Shown: positions 1-15,460 of the stretch, one piece after another | Position numbering within the stretch: the stretch's first letter is position 1 | Layout of the letters: each line of letters opens with the position of its first letter | Source: the human T2T-CHM13v2.0 reference genome, Homo sapiens | Direction: 5' to 3' (one strand) | DNA: 64,000 nucleotides | NCBI RefSeq assembly: GCF_009914755.1 | Contig: NC_060934.1 | Notes under the pieces: generated by a model | What the model was told of the DNA's origin: nothing | What the model saw: only the letters and a program-made list of their open reading frames with translations | Database searches by the model: none | Translations under genes and position numbers: made by a program

Positions 1-760
1 CAACCCTCTGGGTCCCACAATTCATTGACCCTACTAACCCCTTAATGTCCCTCAACCCTTTATGGTATTCACCTTCCTCCTTAGTGGGTCTGGATCCCGT
101 GATACATTATTAACACTCTGCTGTTTACACCTTCGGCTGTCATGGCCTCCTTCTCTCCTCTGATCCCATGGTCCTTGCTAGTAAAACCTCAGGACCTGTT
201 TAAACTTATACTTGGACTATTCAAGGGTTGTACTTGTGCTGCTGGAACTAGCTGGAGAAACATACCCAGCCATGCTAACTGGACCAACCTCAAATATTGC
301 CTGGAAATGCCATATTTCCTGATCTATGACTTTCCTTTGCATCTCTCTTGTCTTCCTCTATGCTGATTTTACATTTAATCATCTCTTGTAAAACTTTCAA
401 CACCCCCTTAGCAATTCCCACTTTTCAAATAATCTCGCTTCTTCTCTCATTGCCAAAATAGCAATAATCTGAAGAGAGCTTCCACAAGCTCCCACCCAGC
501 CTCACCTCTTGTTCCCATGGAAGAATTGTCTATGCTCTTGCCTAAAACCAAAACTTCCACTTGTATTCTGGATCTTATCTCCTCTGCCTACCCAAGGACA
601 TCAACACTGCCACAATCTCTCTTTCCTCCTTTTAAGAAAGAGACCCATCCCATACTTCTATATGCCTCATTGCAAATGCCCATTTCTCTATTCCTCTTTG
701 CAGCAAACCCTTTGCAACTCCTTGCTGCATTCGCTTCCTCTCTTCCTCTGTCTTTTGGTA
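1..760 (+). mobile_element. L2 LINE, degraded ORF2 region
   Basis: Pyrimidine-rich sequence with L2-typical motifs (gctggagaaa...catgctaactgg; ccacttgtattctggatcttatctcctctgcctacccaaggacat). Confidence 0.7.
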
Positions 761-1086
761 TTGCTTGAAAAACCCTCCAAGGCTAAAATTCAGTTACAGC
801 AAAAGGGAAAGTGGATGAGAAAAGAAAAGACATACACAAAGTATCTTTGAATCACACTTTCACTGAGTCCCTATTCTTTAAATTCCATCCTAATAACTGA
901 CTAGATGCCTGTTTCACCCCTATCCACAGCTTCCCCTCCCCTTTTCCTACCATTGAGAGAAACCTTATGTCAGTGCCTGAGTCAGAGTTTTAAGGCGGCA
1001 AACCTAAACCTTTCTCCTAGGACAAAACCAGAAGTACACTCTTTAAGCAAATGATAAATCCCACGTAACATATTTCTCCAAACTTC

Positions 1087-1088
<2 letters not shown>

Positions 1089-1122
<34 letters not shown>
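1089..1122. repeat. (TG)17 microsatellite
   Basis: Directly visible. Confidence 0.98.
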
Positions 1123-1124
<2 letters not shown>

Positions 1125-1551
1125 CATAAAGAAAATTATGCAGTCATACAAATTCAGTTTGAGGCAAATAACAATTATTTACCCTACAAAATTAAGCAAG
1201 TATAGAATAGAACTAAAAGTACAAACTGTTCTCTGCTTTGTTTTTGAGATTTTAGGATTGCGCTGCTTCTTAACTACAAAGGGCTATGAGAAATTAAATG
1301 GGTAGGTGAGCGGGTGTGTTTGAAAATTAAAGACTAAAAAATATTTTGCCAAAGTTGTCTTTGTGTGCTTAAATACTTTCACAGTTTAAGGTGAATGGAC
1401 CATATAGGTAGTTGTATTCTTTAAACAGCACACATTTTAATGTGTATTTTGGCCACAGCTAGAAATCAAAGTAAACACACACTTCTTCAAACTAGAAACA
1501 CTTCACTAATTTCTAAGATTCTAAGGTTTAACAATGTAATTTGCAAATTAC

Positions 1552-1586
1552 CTTGTCTAATGAATCATGTATACTCTCTGTGAAAC
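1552..1586 (-). other. Candidate 35-nt exon
   Basis: Minus strand: ...tgtttgttactcacag|GTTTCACAGAGAGTATACATGATTCATTAGACAAG|gtaatt. Splice sites only. Confidence 0.2.
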
Positions 1587-2324
1587 CTGTGAGTAACAAA
1601 CAGATCCTGTTTTCAAGGTCCTTTAAGATGACCCTGAAGCCACCCTTGAATATTGACTTTTGGTCTCTCTAATCTTGAATGGTGAAATACTCGAAAATAT
1701 CTGATCATAACATACAGAAAACTTTCTGAGATGAATTTGCCAAGTCATGTAGTTTGCTTTCTGTGGCCCCCAAAATTTTAACTCATGTGTCCTGGCTTTT
1801 CTTTGGGAGAGAAGGGGAACCAATCAGTCACATGCTAATCAGAATTCTTGGTTTGAATGTGTAATGAATCATTTTTTGATCAATCATTAATTTTTATCAA
1901 AGAGCCAACTCTGACACAAATTGGGATGGATCATTTCAGATGGAATAGCATGAAACAGTCTCTACCAGAAATGAAAGAAGATCTGTATGTTTTCCAGACG
2001 CTGCCTGTTTGAGGGGCCCTTATCTTATTAATTCTTGTCCTTCCATGTCTAAATTTGTGGGCCCACATCCCAGAGTTTCTCCCATCACGGAAGAGAGAGT
2101 GATTACCATTAAATATTTCAAAATGTCTTTGGATTTTTGAGGCTCACTCTTTGCTCAGGGCGAGGAAACTTAACAGAGAAATTAGTTTAACACCAGGTCA
2201 CACTAGGCCTATTAATCCTTCTTTTAATAGGTAATTACCTGCTATCCTTCTAACGAATAAGTAATTAGATATCATCAGGCCACACCAGGCCTACTGCCAC
2301 TGTGAAGTAAAAGTGCTCCATTAT

Positions 2325-2495
2325 GTTATTCATTCACTAAGTTGTTCATTTCTCTCTTTACTTAACAAACATTTGTTGAGAATGTCAGACTGTACCAAGC
2401 ACTAATAACACACTTGTGGTTAATACATAGAAGATGCCCTCAAAGAGCTCACATTAGTGGAGGAAATAAATAAAATGATACATTTTGATAAGAGG
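2325..2495 (-). mobile_element. L2 3' end fragment
   Basis: ttcattcac...aacaaacatttgttgag...tgccctcaaagagctcaca is the reverse of the L2 3' terminus. Confidence 0.65.
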
Positions 2496-2499
2496 CTAT

Positions 2500-2975
2500 T
2501 GTGACTCTGTATCTGGATGTCTTGTCACAGTCCTGGCCTGAATCCTTTCGGAGTGAGTACTTACCATTCCTTTTTAAAACCCAGTATCTGAAATCCGTCT
2601 CTTACAAGTCTCAGGAGGAGGGAGAGCCCTTCTCCTACTATAGATGTCAAACATGTGGACCTTTCCTTTTCCAGCCTCCCTTGTAGCTAAGTTGTAAGTA
2701 CATGACTTAGGCTCCTCTAATTGAAGGCCTCTGTCATTTATTTTGAGATAGGAGCCTTGTAAGGGATAGCAGATGGTAGAGGTGGTAGTGGAAGCATAGA
2801 GTGTTTAGCACTAGGGGCATTGAGAGTGCAGCAGCCATGTCCTCACCAAATATGTTTGGTAGTGTTCCTGGCTGCATAGCCAGAAGCTTGGATCTTCAGT
2901 CTTCTTAGCTATTCTGTGGACTACCTACTATTCTTCTAAATGATTTCTTTTCTGCTTATATCATGTGAATATCTG
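2500..2975 (+). mobile_element. ERVL LTR (LTR33-like)
   Basis: cagcctcccttgtagctaag...catgacttaggctc; gtgttcctggctgcatagcc; tttcttttctgctta near the 3' end. Confidence 0.6.
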
Positions 2976-3398
2976 AAAATTAAATGTGTTGGCAAGTAAA
3001 AAATTTTAGGGGGTGGGAAGGAGATTGCTTGTTTTGTTCTGGAAGGAAATTATTTAGGTGCCAAGTCAATAGGAGGGGATTACATGGTAACACTATTTAG
3101 AACTTGGTTTAATCGGATTTTGTCCAGAGACTCACTTGGATCTTTTACCCCAAAGTGCTAGCTCTTGTAACCCTGAAATTTTAAGTCATAATCATCTGAA
3201 ATGTCATAGGCTTCAAAACTAGTACTTCTGTTGCTCAAAAGAATTTCATTGTCTCAAAAATACTCATTGTATTTACTATTGTTTTCAGATATTTTTTGGA
3301 ATGTTCAGTTTGATACTCTTTATTATAAACCTGGTTTATTATTTTGTCCTTTTTCGTTCTCTCTTTTGAGTATTTCAAAATGTATTTGATTTTAGCTC

Positions 3399-3668
<270 letters not shown>

Positions 3669-3692
3669 TTGTTTTTTAAAAAGTACACTTTT

Positions 3693-3703
3693 CTATATAT
3701 ATA

Positions 3704-3738
<35 letters not shown>

Positions 3739-3762
3739 CATATACATATACATATACATATA

Positions 3763-3765
<3 letters not shown>
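3693..3765. repeat. Compound (TA)n(CA)n(TACATA)n microsatellite at the L1 tail position
   Basis: Directly visible; lies between the L1 3' end and its TSD. Confidence 0.95.
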
Positions 3766-4971
<1,206 letters not shown>

Positions 4972-5169
4972 TAAGATAATCGTGGTGGAGCATCATTATT
5001 GCACAGAATGTAGCACAGATGATAAAGGCCCACTTAAAAATCATTTTAAATAGCTTATGATGATTCTTAAAAAATTCCCCAAAATACTGAAAATGACTTT
5101 TTCCATAAATTATATCTAAAACTCCAAATAACCATCTAATTTGGGCAAGTATGAGTTGAATGATGGCAC

Positions 5170-5791
<622 letters not shown>

Positions 5792-5898
5792 AACTTTTTA
5801 TTTATTTTTTAATATCACCTTCTAGTCCTTGCCTATATGTGTCTATATTTTACAGAATTTCACTCAAATTTATGAGGCTTTCTAAATTTTATATTTAC

Positions 5899-6190
5899 TT
5901 TTTTTTGAGATGAGATCTTATCCTGTTGCTCAGGCTGAAGTGCTGTGGTACAATCATAGCTCACTGAAGCCTCAAATTCTGGGGCTCAAGTGATCCTCCT
6001 GCTTCAGCCTCCTGAGTAGCTGGGGACTACAGGCACACATAACTGTGCCTAGCTAATTTTAAAATTTTTTGTAGAGACAGGATTTTGCTTTGTTGCCCCG
6101 GCTGGTCTCAAAATCCTGGCTTCAAACAATCTTCCCACCTTGGCCTCCCAAAGTGCTAGGATTACAGGTATAAACCACCACACTTATCCT
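5899..6190 (-). mobile_element. AluJ
   Basis: Antisense Alu dimer, J-type, diverged. Confidence 0.9.
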
Positions 6191-6402
6191 GTATTTATTT
6201 TAATATAATGTTTATGTTTTCATACAGCTTCATAATTATTTTTCATTATTCTATAATAGTTCATCATTGAAGAATGTCTCAAAATCATTTTTATCTTTTG
6301 TTTCTTTCCTTCCTGAGTTACTATTTAATGTTAAACTGAAGAAAATCTATAATACTTTTTGTTTTTGCCAGGTGTAAGGCACACTAGGAATTGTATTTGT
6401 GA

Positions 6403-6423
6403 GTGGGTGTGTGTGTGTGTGTG
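6403..6423. repeat. Short (TG)n
   Basis: Directly visible. Confidence 0.9.
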
Positions 6424-6675
6424 TTCATATGCATAAACATTTCTGTCTTTCTCAGAACATCTAATGCCTATACATTTTCAATTTTTTAATTTGTACATGC
6501 AAAATTTTGAAAAAAAAATGGATTTTAGATTAGACCATTGTGTCTTGTATTAAATCCATTAGGTGATGGAGAGGCAGACTTGATCCAAGTCAGGCATTTC
6601 TACACACTTGGAGCAAAAAGACTGAGTATGACCAGCATCCACAAATTGTATTAGTTTTAAATATTTAAAACGTGC

Positions 6676-6840
6676 TGCAGTCTCAGCACTTTGGGAGGCC
6701 GAGGCGGGGAGATCACCTGAGGTCAGGAGTTCGAGACCAGCCTGGACAACATGGCGAAACCACGTCTCTACCAAAAATACAAAAATTAGCTGGGTGTGCT
6801 GGCACAGGCCTGGAATCCCAGCTACTAGGGTGGCTGTGGC
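6676..6840 (+). mobile_element. AluS fragment, truncated at both ends
   Basis: cagcactttgggaggccgaggc...gatcacctgaggtcaggagttcgagacc...tacaaaaattagctggg. Confidence 0.9.
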
Positions 6841-7260
6841 ATTCCTCTCTCCTCGCCTACATTCCACTATTTCCTTTTCCCCTTGCTGAGGGGATGTGCT
6901 GTGGGTCAAGAGGAAGAATTCCCTCCCGAACCCAGGCTTAGGAGTTCAGTACCTTCTTGTGAGTCCTCCTAAACTGGATTTGTACCTAGACGCTCCCTTC
7001 TGCTTTCACAGCTTATTACAGAGACTATTTAAAATTACAAAGCAAATTACTGAAAAGTGTGTATTTAGACAGTCTAGTTGGTTTGGCATCGGAATCCCCC
7101 TGGAACTTAGGAGGTGAATTTTGCTCAGTTTTCTACTTTATATAGTGGGAATCCTTAAATTTAAATAATTTAAAAGAGTTTTGAGAATTAAACATAACCT
7201 AATATAAAAATATTTTAGCTATTAAACTATAGTTTCTTTTAAAAATTATATTCTAAATAA

Positions 7261-7597
<337 letters not shown>

Positions 7598-8549
7598 TGA
7601 TTTTATATTTCTTAATCCAGCTCAGAACCTCTGTGACTTCTCATGGAAAAAATAGAAACTTAACATGGTTAAGCCTAATATAATCATTCAGCTATCTACA
7701 AACAGATGATTTATGTGGTACAGAAAGTCAGATAATCATATTTCTTAACGGTTTTCATATCAGAAATTTATTGTCATAAAAATCTAGTTTTTCTCTTAAA
7801 ATAGAGAAGTAAAAATATTTTAATTGCTAAAGTCACACTTTAATGGTAAAATGCAAAATTATTAACACGTGTAACAAAAGCCAAATGTGTTTGTTAAATG
7901 AAAACTCCATGAAAAATCATGTGAAAGTGGACATAAGAATCACTTAAGATTATTTACAGAACAATTACCTAGGAGGTTTGAACAGAAAAAGAAACAAAAA
8001 GAACATAAATGGATGAAAAAAATAAATGATGAAAGAACACATGATTTTTGTTCTTAAAGAGAAGCCAGAAAGAAAGGGAATTGGGAGCATTTAAAATGTG
8101 ATATAACTGTGTCTTCCAGGACCAAGAGCCACACTGTTATCCGGTGAAAAATGAATATGAGACATTTATTGCTGCCAGGGGATTCCCTGGACTGCCCATG
8201 ATAGGCTTGAACTGAGGCTTTGCTTGAAGGTTATGTGAAGACTTTGTCATTCAAAGTCGGCACCACTGACAAGAACTATCCTCGGTAGGGTTACACCGAG
8301 CTCCAGTGGATAAACAAAGGGGCAAGATATATTAGAAAGCATGTGGATGCCCTCTGTCTCTGCACCATTACTCATTCAGATTTATGGTGTGTGATTTTTG
8401 GCTCACTCTGGCCAGCGTCACTGGTCATGCTATAAGACGGTCTATCATCAATAAATACACATTGATCACATGTGCCAAAATATGCACAAGCCAGTGTAGA
8501 CATCCCAAAAGAAAACCAGCTATTAAATTATGGTCATACTCAATTTAGA

Positions 8550-8850
8550 ACTAAACAATAATTCCCTGGTTTGATCAACCACCATTTTCAATGGACCCAG
8601 TACTAAATAATTTTTCGGCTGTTTCTAAAAATCAAATTCACCCTCATGGACCAGAGATTTACTGCTCCAGAGGATATTAAGAAAAAATGTTCTACAGGTT
8701 TTGATAGCAGTCTCTAAAAAAGGAGTCCCAAAGCTATTCTGAAATGCCACCATCATTGGAATAAATGAAAGAATTCCCAAGATGATTACTTTGAACTAGA
8801 CAACCCTAATTTGGGTTGTATATGCTTGTATTAGTAAGTTCTGAAATTTT
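8550..8850 (+). mobile_element. MARNA (mariner-derived DNA element)
   Basis: ggctgtttctaaaaatcaaattcaccctc...gaggatatt...catcattggaataaatg...cccaagatgattactttgaa matches the MARNA consensus as recalled. Confidence 0.75.
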
Positions 8851-9009
8851 CATCAAATATTAGATGTTTTACCTTATACAGCCTCAACTCTTGATTTCGC
8901 ACTCACTCCCTACAAATCTTTGCAGGGCTGTTTGCTTACACAAATTTTTCTAAAAAGATAGGACTAGAGCAAATTGCCATTAGTACCTAGATGTTTGGCC
9001 ATGGAAGAG

Positions 9010-9515
9010 ATTACTGGAGAAATGTATCCCAACATTTCATGACAGCATGGTTTGTAATAGTAAAGCAAAGCAAAACAAAACCCACAAGGCTCAATAACAG
9101 GAGTCTGGGTAAATAGACCGTGGAATATCCAAACCAAGAAATACTACGCAAAAGTGAAATAAACTACAGATATCCTCATCATTCATGGATCTTATGTTAA
9201 GAAAAGGAGAAATTCACAGAAGTTTAAACATTTTTTAGAGTTTAGAAATGGGTAAAACTAGTAAATACTTTGATTACAGGTGTATACATAGGAAAAAAAT
9301 TATAACGAGAACTATTAGTACTCTTAGTGTTTAATTTGAGGATAAAGAAAGGGAATATGATTATGGAAGGTCACATAAGATATTCTAAAGGTATTAGCAA
9401 CACTTTTTTTGAGCTAGGTAATAGGTATTCCCTTTGTTAATACTCTTCAAACTGTATATGTAAGTTATATATAGTATTTTGCATGTGTGATATATTTCAC
9501 AATAAAAACAACAAA
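9010..9515 (+). mobile_element. Old L1ME 3' end
   Basis: ttcatgacagcatggtttgtaatag...gaaatactacgca...atatttcacaataaaaa. Confidence 0.7.
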
Positions 9516-9607
9516 AATAGTTAAAAGTCTAGCTTATAAGTCAGGGGAGAGGGAAAACGGAACAAAAATTTACCACATGGAAGAATCCCAGATCCATATT
9601 TACTATA

Positions 9608-9812
9608 GACAAGCATTTCAAGTTGAAATTTCTGTGATGATTGAAATGATCTAAAATGCTATCATGTTCTATAATTGTGCACAGCAGCCGCAAAGCTACT
9701 GAGCACTTAGAATGTAGCTAGCACAACTGAGAAACTAATGGTTTTAATTTTAAATAATTTAAATTTAACTAGCACACATGTCTAGTGGCTACTATTTTTA
9801 ACAAAGCAGATG
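9608..9812 (+). mobile_element. MER3 (hAT-Charlie)
   Basis: tttctgtgatgattgaaatg...gctactgagcactt...actgagaaact...cacatgtctagtggctact. Confidence 0.8.
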
Positions 9813-9934
9813 TAGACCACTGGATTAAAAAATATCATTTTAGGTTAAAATAAGCGACAACCTGTTCATCTTTGAATTATCAAAGACTGATTCTGTGTAT
9901 TTTTCCTTCTCTTTTTTGTCATCAATCAGCTTAC

Positions 9935-9958
9935 TGTTTGTTTTTCCTTTACATAGTT
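9935..9958 (-). other. Candidate 24-nt microexon (NYVKEKQT in phase 0)
   Basis: Minus strand: ttttttctttcttgtctctgtcttag|AACTATGTAAAGGAAAAACAAACA|gtaagc. An alternative longer open reading is LCKGKTNSKLIDDKKEKEKYTESVFDNSKMNR. Confidence 0.3.
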
Positions 9959-10539
9959 CTAAGACAGAGACAAGAAAGAAAAAAATATATATATATGAAA
10001 TATATATATGTATAATTGTAATAACAATAAATAATGCCAAAAGAGGTAGGATGATGAGAAACACCATAGGTATGAGTTTTGAATTCTTTTAAAACTACTT
10101 GGTTTTAAAAGAACGAATATGAAATTTTCACCTAAGATAACTAATCATTGTAGTGGTGTGAAAAGGCAGTTGAGAGGGAAAGACAAAGCTAGCTACAGGT
10201 AGTCATGCAAATCTTACCACAAAAGTTTACTAAGTTCCTCTGAAAATGACAATAACAATGAGAAAAGAATAATAACTTTTAGCAATCACTGAGTATTTTT
10301 TAGTCTTTAGCATCATTTCATGTGCTTTATTAATATGCATTTAAACTTCATGGCAACTTTTGTTTTATCGATAAAAAACTGAAGGGTAAAGTAACTTTTA
10401 AGGTCACATGGCCTCTGACCTCCGACAGTTGATAACTTAGAAGGAAAAATGGTCATTGAACAAGATCACAAATATCATTCATTTTATAATAGGGAAGAAT
10501 CAGGGCTGTAGGACTGTACAATGGAAAGATATTTCAAGA

Positions 10540-11452
10540 AGTATATTATGTTTTCTCTTGTATGTATTAGTCCATTTTCACACTGCTGATAAATACATAC
10601 CTGAGACTGGGAGGAAAAAGAGGTTTAACAGACTCACAGTTCCACATGGCTGGGGAGGCCTCACAATCATGGTGGAAGGCGAAATGTACTTCTTACATGG
10701 TGGTGGCAAGAGAGAATGAGAACCAATTGAAAAGGGAAACCTTACAAAACCATCAGATCTCATGAGACTTATTCACTACCATAAGAACAGTGTGAGGGAA
10801 ACCACTCCCAAAGATTCAATCATCTCCCAATGGGTCCCTCCCACAACACATGGGAATTATGGGAGTTACAATTCAAGATGAGATTTGGGTGGGGACACAG
10901 CCAAACTATATCATTGTATAACAAATTATCCCTAAACTTAGTGACATAAAACAAGAAACGGTTATTATCTCATCGTTTCTGTGGTCCAGGAATTCAGGAG
11001 CAGCTTAGTTGCATGGCCTTGTTTGAGTTCTCTCATGAGACTGTAATCAAGATGCTAGCAGGGCCACATCATGCAAAGGCTTGACTGGGAATAAAGGATC
11101 CACTTCCCGTTGTATGTGTGTGGCTGTTGACAAGAGGCCTTACTTCCTCACTGGATCTTCACTGTGGCCTCAGTTCCTTACGACATGAGCCTCTGCATAG
11201 GGCTGCCAGCATAACCTCAAGACATGTCAACTGATTGCAGAGAGAGAGAGAGAGAGAGAGAGACTAAGTGCAAGATGGAAGTTATGATGTCTTCCATGAC
11301 CTGGCCTTGGAAGTAACATACTATCACTTCTGCCACGTTCCATTGGTCACGTCAACCAACCTGATAAGATATGGGAGTAGGAAGTTCTCACACCAGGGTA
11401 AACACCAGGAGGCAGGGATTGCTGGGGGCGAGCTTGCAGATTGGCTACCCCA
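10540..11452 (-). mobile_element. MLT1 (MLT1F-like) LTR interrupted by THE1
   Basis: taacaaattatccctaaacttagtgacataaaacaa...ctcatcgtttctgtggtccaggaattcagg; internal (AG)n at about 11238-11262. Confidence 0.75.
10563..10913 (-). mobile_element. THE1 solo LTR
   Basis: Ends tgtattagtcc and gggacacagccaaactatatca; 5-bp TSD ttgta at 10558-10562 and 10914-10918. Confidence 0.93.
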
Positions 11453-13049
11453 AGACGTTACACCAATACTTTAAGCCAAAAATGATCAGCCCCTAATAAA
11501 AAGAAATCACAATGGGGGGAACAAAGTAGATGACTTGATAAATACATAGGAAATGAAATTAATAGTGATTGGTAAGGTGTGGGAAGAGAGAAGAGGGAGA
11601 ACAGAGACAACCCCGGATTTCCAGCTTGCATACTTGAGTAGAGGCCAATACCTCAAAATCAGGAGAAAGAGCAGCTTGCAGTGAAAACAAGTTTTCTCTT
11701 ATTTTTTATCATATTTATCAGTGACTTTTCTGAGCGCTTCTTGCTGTCTTCAACCTTCATTATATCCTAAGGTCAACCCGTTCTCAGCTGACAACATAGT
11801 TTCCTTACAGAGAACATCAAGGCAATCTGATACTGAATTTCATCAACTTTTAATCTTATCATGGCAGAATACTGTGCTTCTTTGGTTCTAAGACACTTTT
11901 TTTCATGGTTTAATATATTTTAAGTTGGAATATGTGTTGCAATCAATTAGGCTTTAGATTCAATGAAATAGGGCTTATTAGTAACTTGATTCCTTTTTTT
12001 CCCTACACACTGTTTCCTCAGAGGCAGATGGAGTTGTTTTGTTTGTTTGTTTAAAAAGAAAAAAAAAATGCTTGATTATCCAATGGAGTTTGTGTGTCTT
12101 GGAAGAGTCAAATTTTAACCCCTTTATTTCAGCCTGCTTTCTGAATAGTCTAAACTTTGCTTTGTCCCTAGATTCATCATGGATCTTGATGGTTGAGATT
12201 AAAAGAAGAGAGGCAAATATGAGTGAACACAAATTATGGTGGGTTTGTTTTTTTTCAAACTACTCCTAAGTCCCCAGCAAATCCTGTGATGTTGATACTC
12301 CATGCTTCAGCCAGCATATATGGCTGTTGGAAGGCTTCTTTAACATTATGGTCGTTGGGTCTCCATCAAAACACTGTGGTCTTTTCAAGGGTTGAGTGCT
12401 TGCTTGGTCCAAAGACAGGACTTTTAATCCCTGACAGCTAGACCAGATAGTCCAAACCTCCAGCTGGGCTCTCAGCTAACTGTCTTATTCTACTTGGCAT
12501 GACGCCTCTTTTGTATCCTGTTAGAAAGAGAAAACCCAGCAAGAACACCTTGCTGTCCAATTAAATGTAATAGAACAGGAACCATGATCTAACCCTTAAG
12601 AGCCATTTTTGGATGGGAGGCAGCATTAATGATTTGCATCAACTTAAAAAAAAAAAACTCATCTATAGAATTTTTTTCTTTCCTCAGAACATTAAATACT
12701 CCCAGCTGAAGATACTTTCTTTTTGAAGTGGGAGACAGGCCCTATAAAGATATTTTGGCTTCTATCTAACACCAAGCTCTGAGGTCAAACAAATCTTGTT
12801 TGTCATGGGTTTCTCATCAAATTCTTTATTTACATCATGACTTTCTGAAAAAATACTTTATACTTGTTGAATTTACCCTAAATGAGTATGGGTCATCGTG
12901 ATAGGGATAGTTTAGCTCAGGAACCAACGTTTCGGTGTCTTGATTGCCCAATGACCCCATCCTTTCCTCACTCTGTCCGGTGTTTCTTTCACCTCCCTTG
13001 CATTTCTAATCTCTTTGAGTTCCTCCCATTCTTGTGATAAAATTTTCAT

Positions 13050-14065
13050 GTCTCTCAACTCTGAACAAAGAAAAACCCTTTCCTAGATCCTGCTACTTCT
13101 TTTACAACAATTTAATCCATCTTCCCCACCCCACCAACAGCTTTGTTTTTCTAACTTCTTAAAAAATGTGACACCAACTATCTTCCTTTCTCTTGTTAAA
13201 TTCTTTGCTTCTTTAAATTCAGGCTTCTTTCTCAGTGGTTACATTGAAACTGCTCTCTCAAAAATCCTGAGTGCTGGCCGGGCATAGTGGCTCAGGCCTG
13301 TAATCCCAGCACTTTGGGAAGCTGAGGCGCGCAGATCACTTGAGGCTAGGATTTCGAGACCAGCCTGGCCAACATGATGAACCAGCGTCTCTACTAAAAA
13401 TACAAAAATTAGCCAAGATAGCGCCATTGCATTCCAGCCTGGGTGACAGAACGAGATCTTGTGGGAAAAAAAAAAAATCCTGAGTACTTAATTGCTAAAT
13501 TATTTGGGATTCCATGCTTTTCTCAATATCATTGACTTTCCAACTTTCTACTCTTCTTCCTTGTCTTTTTAAAAAATTCTAACCACTCATCCACTTTGGG
13601 ATCTTTCTAAAGTGCAACTAGGTCATGTCATTTCTCTGCTCTCTCCTCTGGCCTCAGTATCCAGTAGAGACTCTTGAGGTGGTTTACAGGATCTGCCACG
13701 ATCTGACTCCTGTTCCGTCATCTCCAACCTTATTCCTTTCCACCTTCTACCTTAACGCTCCATGCCTCAGCCAAGCTGAGCTACCTGTAGTTTCTCAAAC
13801 ATACCGGGCTTATTCTGTTTCACCTCTGACCTTTGCACATGCTTCTCTCACTTGCTGGGACATTCTTCCATATTTAGCTTTATTATTCATACTTATGTTG
13901 AGTAAGTTATTACATATTTGTGTAGACTGTAAGCTTTTAGAAGCAAAGACTACCTATCATTTTACTGTTGTATGTTCATCACTTATTATAGTGCCTCTCA
14001 CTTAGCAGTTGCTCAATGAGTATTTGCTGACTGACTGTATGCATTATTCATGAATGAATGCAGCT
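13050..14065 (+). mobile_element. L2 fragments with 3' end, split by an Alu
   Basis: cctttgcacatgct...gactgtaagctttt...gctcaatgagtatttgctgactga...atgaatgaatg. Confidence 0.75.
13276..13477 (+). mobile_element. AluS with an internal deletion of most of the right arm
   Basis: Left arm joins ...aaattagcc|aagatagcgccattgc; TSD aaaaatcctgagt(g/a)ct. Confidence 0.9.
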
Positions 14066-14209
14066 TTGGTCCACGAGGCTACTCACACTGTCAACATTCC
14101 TTTTCTTTCTTTTCCTGTTGGCCTTAATCTTGTTGAGTCTCCTTTTATCTCTTAGTGCTCGGTTATCGTCTCTCGTTTAATCTCTGTTCCAGGGTCCTTT
14201 CCTTCCATT

Positions 14210-14772
14210 GTATCCCACACTCCTGCAGAATGTTGTTCATCTGGCCCAGCTCTGATCATGTCACTCCTTTGCTATTGCTAAGTAATTTTCAATGATTCCT
14301 CACCGCTCATATTATAAAGGTCAAAGTCCTTAGTACACTCCTAAGAGAATTTCTGCAGGCAGCGATTATATAGTTTCCTGGTTTTATCTCTCATTAGTCT
14401 TGTTCTACTAATCTTCACTCCAGTAACCAGACTACCTTGCCCATGATTTTCTGTTTATGCTGTTCTCCTCCTTCGAAATATACTTCTTCTACCTCTAATA
14501 AAAATTTAGCTATGCTTCAAGGCTCAGTTCAATTGCCACTCTTCCATAAATACTGCCCTGGCTCCCTGGGGGAACAAAATAGTTTCCTTCCCCTGTGTTC
14601 CCAAAGCACTTTGTTTGTGCCTTCTTAGACACTTGTTATATCTTACCTTCTGTTAAGGATATTTTTGCCTTTGCAATTCAGTGATAAGGTGAGAATAGAT
14701 CTTATTCATTTTTGTATTCTCAGGAATGCCTTGCCCATATGTGTTCGATAAATGTTTGTTGAATTGAATGTT
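14210..14772 (+). mobile_element. L2 3' region
   Basis: tctgatcatgtcactcc...gataaatgtttgttgaattgaatg. Confidence 0.7.
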
Positions 14773-15294
14773 AATTAATCAAAGATATAAAGACTTAGTG
14801 TTAAGCATTAAATCACGGTGAGTTATATATTTTACTCTTTATCCAAAAATATGTGGATGGTGAACACACCCAGAAAGCTAGTGGCCATTTTGCTGATGCT
14901 TTTCATCTTCAGTAATAGGCACTTCTTTAACTTACAGAAAAGGAAGATTAGCTTAATTGAACAGGGCATGAAATTTATGCAGTCCTTAAAATATTATAAT
15001 AAATAAGAATCATGAATATTAAACATGCTTCCTATGTTCAAAATTGATTTTAAAATGTAGTGGCTAAAGCATTTAGAAAACAAATGAGGGTCGTTTAGTA
15101 TTTCAGAAATTTGTCCTCAGTTTCAAACTCTCCATATACCATAAGGTTTTTAAAGGAAAGAACCATTCCATCATGTTCATAATAATGACCATTTCTGTTG
15201 GATTCTGCGCTCGAGAAAATATTTGTTGCTTAAATAAACAAGCACCTGTGTCACAGTGTAACAATCAAGGGTCTGTATATTTTTTCCATTTATT

Positions 15295-15400
15295 CATTTT
15301 GTATGTGACCTAGGAAAAGTCATCTCACCTCTTGAGAAGGCAGTAACCTCATTGGTAATATGGAGGTATCAGTATCTTATCTGAATGAGGGCAAAGAGTC
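15295..15400 (+). mobile_element. MIR fragment
   Basis: tgtgacctaggaaaagtcatctcacctct...cagtaacctcatt core-like sequence. Confidence 0.55.
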
Positions 15401-15460
15401 ACTTGAGACGGCCTAAGACACTCTTATTTTTCACCCCTTCTGAAGCTCTCTTTTACTCAC

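Noticed and set aside
8120-8229. Plus-strand acceptor followed by DQEPHCYPVKNEYETFIAARGFPGLPMIGLN*
   Set aside because: The GFPGLP collagen-like motif does not continue with Gly-X-Y periodicity; two stops follow and the donor is weak.
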